DNA from: Octopus sinensis
Lineage: Eukaryota
Direction: 5' to 3'
Length of the DNA stretch: 64,000 nucleotides
Assembly (NCBI RefSeq): GCF_006345805.1
Contig: NC_043000.1
Coordinates: 119,164,001 to 119,228,000, forward strand
The notes beneath the pieces were generated by a model. The model was given only the letters and a program-made list of their open reading frames with translations, ran no database searches and was not told the DNA's origin. A program made the translations under genes and the position numbers. Numbering within the stretch: position 1 is the first letter of the stretch; each line of letters begins with the position of its first letter. Positions 54,889 to 64,000 of this stretch are shown here, piece after piece.

Positions 54889-57435
54889 TGGAGAGAAATA
54901 TGGTCGGCGAACGCTGGAGAGAAATATGGTCGGCGAACGCTGGAGAGAAATATGGTCGGCGAACGAACAGCCAAAAAAAAGGAGTATGAAAATAACAAAC
55001 TCGGCATCTGAACAACTTTGGACCCCCATAACAACTGAAGAGGTCACCCAGGCACTGCAAAAACTAAGCAACTGGAAGGCACCTGGGCATGACAAGATCC
55101 CCAACTTCTGGTTGAAATATCTAACAGGAATGCACAAAAAGCTGGCTGAAAACTTTAACAGCATACTAGCAGAGCCAGAGACAATGCCTGAATGGCTCAG
55201 GAAGGGAAAAACCATCTTAATTCCCAAATCAAATGAAACAACAAAACCAGAAAACTACAGACCAATAACCTGCCTCCCTACTATGTTCAAGGCATTTACT
55301 GCAGTGATATCGCAAAGGCTGAACAAGCACCTGGACGAAAACAAACTGTTCCAGAAGAGCAGAAAGGATGCCGCAAGGGCTCATATGGCTGTAAAGATCA
55401 ACTAATGATTAATAAAGCCGTAACTGAAGACAGCCACAGAAAGAAGAAGGCTCAGTATGGCCTGGATTGACTACAAAAAGGCGTTTGATAGCATACCCCA
55501 CACATGGATCCTCGAAACACTAGCCATTAACCTAGTAGCACCAACAATCATAAAATTCATAGAGCACTCTATGAATAAATGGAAAACAGTCCTACACCTC
55601 CAAACAAAAGAGGGACTCATGAAAACCAAAGACATCCCCATTAGAAGAGGAATATTCCAGGGAGACACGCTCTTTCCACTCCTTTTCTGCTTGGCACTGT
55701 CACCTCTATCTGATATGCTAAATAGAACTGGATGCGGATATAAATGTTACGGCAAAACGATCAGCCACCTTTTATATATGGATGACCTAAAACTATACGC
55801 TGCAAATGACAAACAGCTGGAAACACTATTAAAGACAGTTCATGGATTTACCAAAAAAATAGATATGAAATTGGATTAGAAAAATGCGCCAAAGTAACCA
55901 TGAAAAGAGGAAAACTAGTTAAGAGTAACAACATCACACTAGATAAAACCAATGAAATAAAAGAATTAGACCAAAGCCAAACTTACAAATACTTAGGAAT
56001 CCATGAACTAGATAAGACACACACACACAAATGAAAGAGAAAATAAAAAAAGAATATTATAGACGAGTTAGATCAATACTAAAAACAGAGCTCAATGCTA
56101 AAAACAAGATAATAAGTATCAACACTTTAGCTGTCCCAGTTATAAGTTACAGCTACAATATCCTTAACTGGACACGAAATGAACTGTCCAAATAGATAGG
56201 AAAACAAGAAAAATACTGACAGGATCTAGGATCATCTCACCCAAAATCTGACATAGAAAGACATAATATACAACGTATAGAAGGTGGTAGAGGCCTTATA
56301 CAGCTGGAAACTACTATAAAAATAACCACCATAGGACTGCAAAATACCCTACTTCAGAAGGAAGGAAACTGATCCGATCCAGATAGCAGCAAAACACGAG
56401 CAAAACAAAAAACTGTTCTCAGTATTTAAGGAAGCTGACAAATACAAACAAGAAATCATAATACCACCAATAAAAAGAAACACAAAGAAGAAGAATGATG
56501 AAGAAACAACAAAAGCTATAAAAACAAATGAAATCCAAACTAAAAATAGAACAGCAACGAGCCATGATAAACGATGGCAAGAAAAGCCCCTTCATGGTAA
56601 TACTGCACTAAACTAACGCAAAAGAAATAGACAAAGAAAAATCCCAGGCAATGGTTGAGAAGCTCAGGACTCAAAGCAGAGACAGAGGGATTTTTATTGC
56701 AGCACAAGAACCAAAGCCTCCCACCACCCAAATTACCAAAAACATGTAATAAAAGAAATATTACAAGTAACTGCAGAATATGTGGAGATGGACAAGAACA
56801 CAATATCACATTATCTCTAGCTGCCCAGTCCTGGCTAAGAAGGAATATATTCACAGACATACAGAGTTGGAACCTACATACATTGGAAGCTATGCCAACA
56901 TTATGGAATAACAACAGAAAAAGATGGTATAGGCACACACCAGAAAAGGTCACAGAAAACGAGAAAGCAACCATACTCTGGGATATGCCGATACACACAG
57001 ATAGAGAAATTAAGGCCAACAGACCAGATTAGTTGTCAGAGATCATGAAGAAAAAAAAATGCTTTCTAATTGATGTATCAATACCGGCCAGATACAACGT
57101 GTCTCTAAAGAAATGGAGAAACTCTCAAAATACAAAGACCTGGAAATATAGATAAACTAGAATGTGGAACCTGCAAACAGAAACAATTCCTATCATAGTA
57201 GGTGCATTAGGATGATAAAAAAATATTCAGACAAATACATAACAAAAACACCAGACTTACAAACACATATAACATACAGAAAATTGCACTACTAGGCACT
57301 GCACACATCCTACGCAGAACACTTTCCATACAATAACCATCAGAGCATCACAACAAATCACAGGCACATACCCAAGGCACACAGAGCTGCGCTCGGTAAT
57401 GAATGAAAGCACGCTATAAAAATAAAACTACTGAA
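54888..57435 (+). mobile_element. 5'-truncated R4/Dong-clade non-LTR retrotransposon in the CDA-B intron, frameshifted
   Basis: NWKAPGHDKIPNFWLK, NYRPITCLPT, AWIDYKKAFDSIPH, GIFQGD, YMDDLKL, KYLG, CRICG..H, NRPD, KYKDL, GALG; (AAT)n at the 5' flank and a (TAA)-rich tail at ~57436-57516. Confidence 0.92.
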
Positions 57436-57539
57436 TAATACTAATAATAATATAATAATAATAATAATATAATAATAATAATATAAAAATAATAATAATA
57501 TAACAATAATAATAATGGAGATGTATAAATAGCTCCTAC

Positions 57540-57720
57540 TCTACGAAACTTTTTGTCTGTAAGTATGGGATCATGGAGAACCACAATGACTTTGAACAGT
57601 GACAATGAATCCCTAAATGCTGGAGATGTAAGAATTTCATGTGGCATTTTCCATGGTGACTCTCTATCACCACTTCTCTTTTGTCTAGCCTTAATACTTT
57701 TCTCAAAATTGCTCTTTTTG
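57540..57720 (+). mobile_element. Short R4/Dong RT fragment, same subfamily as the 49.6-51.4 kb element
   Basis: ATTTCATGTGGCATTTTCCA.GGTGACTCTCTA shared with the 5' end of the 51402 element; GIFHGDSLSPLLFCLAL. Confidence 0.7.
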
Positions 57721-57724
57721 TAAA

Positions 57725-58117
57725 TCTCTCTCTATATAAAGCTGAAGTTGTCTGTGTATGGCAAGTTCGGTAGCCTTCAACTAACACTATCTCCTCCGAG
57801 ACCCTGCGGCACAAGTCGACCAAAATTGAGAGTATGATAGAAGAAGGGTTGCTCTTCATTTCGTAGAAGAAAAAATTCAAATCGGACCATGTTAACACCA
57901 AAAATTATTTACATCAAAAAGGTGCTTTTTTTCTATGAAAATCCCTATTTTTTACGATTTGTTTTTACTGCTGTGTCGCCATTTTTCGGTGTATTTCAAT
58001 CAGAAAAATGTTCACTTAAAGAGAATATAAGCTACATAATGCAAAATTTTTACTTTTCAAAAATTCCAATTCTAAAGGGTCAGAACAAACCCGAGCAACG
58101 CCGGGCGATACTGCTAG
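57725..58117 (+). mobile_element. Non-autonomous Helitron-like element (393 bp)
   Basis: A|TC...TATATAAAG start; 3' hairpin CCCGAGCAACGCCGGG followed by CTAG|T. Confidence 0.7.
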
Positions 58118-58144
58118 TTATGAGAAAATATATTATTTACTCAC

Positions 58145-58229
58145 CGAGTGACAACGACATTGATGCACTGAGAACCACTAAAACTACCAGAAAATAGTGA
58201 GTGCTTTCTGCAGATCTGTGTCCCATCAT
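58145..58229 (-). CDS. CDA-B exon 1 (predicted): signal peptide MMGHRSAESTHYFLVVLVVLSASMSLSL(G)
   Basis: 85 nt from ATG to a G|GTGAGT donor (phase 1), matching the phase-1 acceptor at 53147. Hydrophobic core FLVVLVVL. Spliced product is ~353 aa. Confidence 0.75.
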
Positions 58230-59739
58230 TCTCTTTGGGTGGAATATTCAATTCAGGCTGATGCGAGCGCTCGAACTGAAAAAAGTAAGCAAGTTAGTTT
58301 ATATATATGTAGCTCGGAAATGTGTACGTGCATCTTATAAAAAACATGCGTATATAAACGCACGCACGCAGATAATTTACGCATGATTATTTCTTCAAGG
58401 TGTGTTTAGATATGCAAGAGTTTAGTATATAACGGATATTATGAATGCTAAAGTTGTTTACATACTTGACACTTTACAAAGTGTGTCCGTTAAATAGCAG
58501 ATTATAGACGGTGCAATTTCTTGTAATGAGAGTTTGCTACCGCATACTAATACAGTCGTGTCTGTACAAACATTTCTTTCTTCTAAGAACCCTACCTCAA
58601 CGATATTTGGTTCAATTGTCAAATAAATTTTTTTTAAGGATTGTCTTGAACTATAAACGTTCTTTTATGAGGCAGAAAAATAAATAACGAGACTTCGTGA
58701 TTGTCACAATAACTTATTTGAATGTCTACTGCTTAAAACTGTCTGATAATAACTTTTACAACAAGCGCTTTCTATTTTATTATTTTTCTTATGTGGCTTT
58801 GTGCCAAAATGAAAAACATTTGCCTTTCTCGTCGTTTTCTGTCGGCTATTATTCGCAAGTGTGAAAACACAATGTCGTAAAAAAGCCACACTTGGATATC
58901 TAACGGGCCGGAGTGAGCGAATGCCATTGGGTTCCAAGCAGTCATGCACAACACTTACTCGGTTGTGCAAGGCGAACCATGAGTCGAAATGTTAGTAGAT
59001 TTTATACTTACCTCGACGGCCTGCCATAACTTACAGGCGAGATGTTGCGAAAAGCCATTGAATTACTTGTGGTGGTGCGCGGTAGTCCAAGGTGAAAATC
59101 GCCGGCTTCGAATGGTCTGTTATTCAAATATATGCCAGACGTGTTTGGCCACGTCTTCACAGACGGCTACTGCAATTGGCAGCAGAACTGGATTGTTAAC
59201 AGTTATAAGAGGCAAGGAAAGAGCTAGTGCTGCAGAGACAGAACTCCGTAAATGATTCAATAATTGATAACCAGAATCCGTAAATCAGTGTTTAATGCTT
59301 GCCATCGATGGTTCAGTTGGGTAAGCGCAAACATTCGCCATTCTGAATATCTATCTTCAACAAACTTCACTCCAACCGATACATTATAAATAGGATGGGT
59401 AAAAAACCTGATTTCAGTGATCAATTTGGATCACTCGAATGTTTTAGATTGAACAACCATTGCCACTTAACAGCCCTCCCCAAAACAGCTGGTTTACGTA
59501 CCATTATTCGCAAGCTGAATTCTCCCAATTTACAGTAGCATTTGCATGGGTGACAGAGTGGGATCGACACCAGGGAGGAGGAAATAGGAACCACTGCACC
59601 CCCAGCTTTTCTAGGTGTACTTTTAGATTTAGAAAATACAGTATTTTATTAATTCATTGCGGCAGAAGCAATTCCGGTAGCTATAGAGGATGGTTCTCGC
59701 CTGCAGCAATATAAACACGAGTACTGGTACTGCCAAACA

Positions 59740-60420
59740 CATTGTGGGCCACTGCTTTATTGAATGCAGAGAGTTTTGAGGTTCAAATTTTCTTCATTCG
59801 ACTGCAATATTCATTAGTGATACCTGTTTTGTTACAGGTGCCATTGTAAGATATATTTTCATCCACTCCTAGATACCTGTAACATTCCTCGTCAGATACA
59901 GGGGAAACAGTTAAATCATTGACGGAGATGTCACTAGTCTGGTTTATAGTTTCCCCCTTTCAACAACCATATAATAACATTTATCCTGACCAAACTCCAA
60001 CCCGACATCCTTTGAAAATGTTGTAACTAAGTCAAGGTTCCTTTTTTATCTCATGAATATTCTTTGTTTTAAGTTATCCACAAAGAAACAGTGTGTAATT
60101 TTGGTATTACTGTTTCCTTGTGAACCAGTGAGATATCCTTCCGACTCCCTTAACATGAATGACAAGAGATTTACAGAAAGTATAAGCAACATCACAGAGA
60201 CGCTGTCTCCTTGGAATATGCCTTTGCGATATTGTATTCTATCGGTGATAATAGTCACCCTTTGTATTTAATTACAAGATGGAAGCCCACGAGGAAATCA
60301 GGTCAGTTATGGCTTTAACTATTCTCACTGGGACTTTAGCAAAATGAAGGACTTCTAGCATCCATGAATGGGAACTGAGTCAAAGGCTTTCTTGTAATCT
60401 AGCCACATTGAAACTAGGTT
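59740..60420 (-). mobile_element. R4/Dong-like RT remnant
   Basis: YRKGIFQGDSVS..L.ILSVN.LS, HCFFVDNLK, YRYLGVDENISYNG, KLSAFNKAVAHNVF. Confidence 0.75.
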
Positions 60421-61362
60421 ACTCCTATGCTCTCGCACCTCACAGTTTTGTTGATTAACAATTGCTCGGCACATCCCCAGACTCCCTGCTTCTCGGCTGC
60501 TTGTTCCGCTGTGATAATGTTATTGGTAAAATGGTACCTATTTATAGGTAAAATGAAGTCTTTTATAAAACTAAGAAAATAATATAAATATGAAATAGGT
60601 ATTATCTATAATTATAGAACAATTCAATTTATTTTTTTATTTTAGTTTATCTTCCCAACCTATTCAATATTGATTAAACCACTGAGAAATATATGCTGAA
60701 ATTTATTTCGGTAATTAATAGAATGGTGCTATGTCAGAAAATAATTAAAACAATTATGCTCCAAACGCATCACAAATATAGTCATAGAATGGGTTTAAAA
60801 TATTAAAAAATTCTACGAACAGAATCCTCAATTCACCAATTTTACTAATAATCTAATTTGAGCACTTCAAAATCTCAAACATCTCCATACAACAAAGATT
60901 GAAACTATATCGTTCATTAACATAAAGCCCAGCATATCTAACCATGTTTCATTCAATTTTCTTTTCTTTTACTTGATAAATCTTTGTAGGGAGCGAAGTT
61001 GCTGGTGCTTTATCTTTTTGGGGATGCTATGTTGATTTGCTGTGGACCCTATGTATATGTAAACTAATTGGTTATAACAGTGCGTCTATATACAATATTT
61101 TTAGTCAGGTATTTATTGTTTAGCGGGTATTAATTTTGCTTCTTACAATTGCAAAATGTCGTAAACATCGATAGAGAAAACATGTGGGGTGCATGATCGG
61201 TTATACAGTTGCTATAAGTTTTGGTACTTCGATATTTTTTACCGTTATTAACACTATTACTATTACGTGTATATGTGTAAAAGTGTAGTGTTGATGATGA
61301 TGAGTTGATGGTGATGATGATGGTGGTGGTTGTGATGTTTATGGTGGTAGTAAGGCGGTGAG

Positions 61363-61565
61363 CTGGTAGAACAGTTAGCACGCCGGAAGAAATGCTTAGC
61401 GGCATTTCGTCTGTCTTTAGAGTCTGAGTTCAAATTCCGTCGCGGTCGACTCTGCCTTTCATCCTTTCAGGGTCGATAAATTAAGTACCAGTTGCGTAAT
61501 GGGGTTCATCTCATCGACTGGCCCCCTCCCCTAAAATTTCGGGCCTTGTACCTAGAGTAGAAAAG
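61363..61565 (+). mobile_element. SINE family A variant
   Basis: GGCGGTGAGCTGGTAGAA head and CCTTTCATCCTTTCAGGGTCGATAAATTAAGTACC core. Confidence 0.75.
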
Positions 61566-62438
61566 ATTATTGTTATTATCCTTTTATCATCATCATCATT
61601 ATTATTGTTGTTATTATTATTATTATCATTATTATTATTATTAACATTATTATGATTATTATTATTATTATTATTATTTCTTTTTACCACAGGTTTTGTT
61701 GGTTTTCCTGGAGTCTTGCATGCGTAAAGAATTTTGACAGAAAGAATTTTTTTCGCTCTCCGTTTTCTTGGTCGCAGTTCACACTATTACAGCCAACAAC
61801 GGCTGCAATAAGTTGTATTACTATATAAACACCCTTGTAGGAGTGTATTTCTACTGTATTTCGTTTCCCAAGAATCCACGTAGAACTAAGTTGGATTGAG
61901 AATTTCCTTTCCAAATAACTTGCTAAATAAACAAATTTTATGAAACTGCAAAGCCCTTCTCATTTTAACATTAACGTCTGGTCTTCATGTACCAATAAAG
62001 GTGCATAAAGACCAGTAGCCTTCATGTAGCAATAAAGTACATGAAAACTCTATGCACTTTATTGTACATAATAGAGTACAATAAAGTACTTTTTCAATCA
62101 CTCAGTCCCGGATCTCGCTTCCCTTCCGCCCATCTTTTATTCTTGTAGACGTTTCTCATCAGATGTTCATCAGACTGATTTCACCAGGTGCAACATTCTC
62201 AGGTGGTTAATAAATGTTTCTAGTTATCCATCGCTTCAATGATTTCTTTAAAAATCTCCCAAGAGACGTATAGACACTCCCCAGTTGACTGGGTCAAAAC
62301 ACTTAGATACCGTCCGTTATTAACCAATTAAAACGTGTGAGAAATCGCCAAGCAACGTGATATTCTGTTCTGAAAGAGGTGCAATAATCATCTAAAATAT
62401 TCAATTTGAACCGACGCACATGATAAAACAGAGATATA

Positions 62439-62946
62439 TCTATATATATAAAACTCTAGTTGTGTGAGTGTCTGTCCCCTTCGATTTAGATTCCTAACTC
62501 CTCCCACATTTTGCGGTGCAGTTTAACCAAATTCGGGTATCTTATAGTCGTGATTCATATCGAGCCCGTCTGAGTATTAGCGCGCGTCAATGATGAGTCT
62601 ACGATTTTAAAAATAATTTAACATCATTTTTTATTCCATTTTAATGCATAAAATGCATCGTATGTCGATGGCGGCGGAGTTGGCGTCCACGCTCACAGCT
62701 GCACCTGTTTGCTTCTCCCCTTCTTCCCTCCCTCGTGAAGCTGTGGGGAAGGGAGTGTAAAGAAATCAACGTCGTAATGCGTTGTGAAGGAAACCAGCGT
62801 TCTTTTAGAACAACGACTTCATGGCTTGAAGACACCAAAACAAAAATGGCTAAGAAAGCCCGAATTTATAAGGGAAGTAACTCTCTAAAAATGCTTATAT
62901 AGTTATTTCCCTTACAAACCCGAGCAACGCCGGGCGATACTGCTAG
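62439..62946 (+). mobile_element. Non-autonomous Helitron-like element (508 bp)
   Basis: A|TCTATATATATAAAA start; identical 3' hairpin and CTAG|T end as the 57725 element. Confidence 0.75.
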
Positions 62947-62986
62947 TTAATAATAAATCTGAAAGAACAAATATTGTAATAGACAC

Positions 62987-63029
<43 letters not shown>

Positions 63030-63030
63030 A

Positions 63031-63110
<80 letters not shown>

Positions 63111-63218
63111 CTACTACTACTACTACTATTACTATTGTGTCTATTAAAATATTGCCAGTGAATCTGGCAAACCGAACCTGAAAGAAACCCATCGAATGTG
63201 TGTGTGTGTGTGTGTGTG

Positions 63219-63249
<31 letters not shown>

Positions 63250-63269
63250 CGCGTGTGTGTGTCTGCGTT

Positions 63270-64000
63270 TGTCCCTCACCCCGCCCACCATCGCTTGACA
63301 ACCGATGTTGGTGCGTTTACGTTTCCTAAACTTCGCAGGTTACAATGAATAAGTCATGGGGTCGATTTGTTCGACTAAAAGCCGTACTCCAGCATGGCCG
63401 CAGTCAAGTGACTGAAACAAGTTAAAGAATAAAAGAAAAAGAATAAAAGATCATATATATATATATATATACACATATATACATACATGTGTGTTTGTGT
63501 GAGTGTGTTTGTGTGTGCGTGCACACGTATACAACGTAGTCACTCATAAACATGACGTTCGTAGCTGGAGTACTTTTTATTATAGATCAGAATTGTAACT
63601 GTTAAGGCTAACTTGTCCACCAAAAGCACAAAAAGCTCTAATACACAGATATTAGCCACAATTATGAAAGGACGTCATCCATGCGTAGCATTTCTCACCT
63701 GAAAATACTTAACTTCTGACAAAACCCTTATTGTTACAATTCATTTAACAAGTAGTTTACGCATATCTTTCAGGAAGTCAAATCAAAAACTCGCTCACAT
63801 TAATACATGATCGTTTCTATATTACCAGGTGTGGTTCTGTGGGAAGAGGTTTGTTTCCCAACCACTTGATCCTGGGTTCAGTCCCATTGCGTGGCACATT
63901 GGACAAGTATCTTCTACTATAGCTCCGGACCAACCAAAGCCTTGTGAATGGATTTGATAGACAGAAACTGAAAGAAACACGTCTTGTGTGTGTGTGTGTT
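63270..64000 (+). mobile_element. Two SINE family B fragments (3' half at ~63270-63450; 5' half at ~63820-64000)
   Basis: CATCGCTTGACAACCGATG...GACTGAAACAAG; GGGTTCAGTCCCATTGCGTGGCAC. Confidence 0.75.

Noticed and set aside
58700-59260. Moderately GC-rich ORFs 58704..58970 and 58989..59255 upstream of CDA-B
   Set aside because: No recognisable motif or consistent splice signals; left unannotated.
62140-62185. Hammerhead-like CTGATGA...GAAACGTC on the minus strand
   Set aside because: Stem I and stem II cannot be formed convincingly; at most a decayed relic.

Overview
AT-rich, microsatellite- and SINE-dense animal DNA. The tRNA-derived SINE families look like those of Octopus (taxon assignment is inference from recalled repeat sequences). 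The only well-supported host genes are three minus-strand, two-exon, secreted chitin deacetylase (CE4/NodB-fold) genes. Two near-identical copies (CDA-A1 at 15.8-21.1 kb, CDA-A2 at 30.0-35.4 kb) encode signal peptide + CBM14 chitin-binding domain + Thr/Pro-rich linker + catalytic domain. They lie inside a ~14.2 kb head-to-tail duplication (7530-21767 / 21768-35998). CDA-A1 is frameshifted as assembled, possibly through sequencing error. A diverged paralogue (CDA-B, 52.2-58.2 kb) encodes signal peptide + catalytic domain only; its short first exon is not in the ORF track. All three share a phase-1 intron immediately before the catalytic domain. The rest is transposon debris: mariner, hAT, Merlin, Helitron, Penelope, CRE-like, Tx1/L1, RTE, (TAA)n-targeting R4/Dong elements and three SINE families. 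There is also a 60-bp minisatellite with a 600-bp higher-order repeat and a possible twister-like RNA fold at the 5' end of an RTE remnant.
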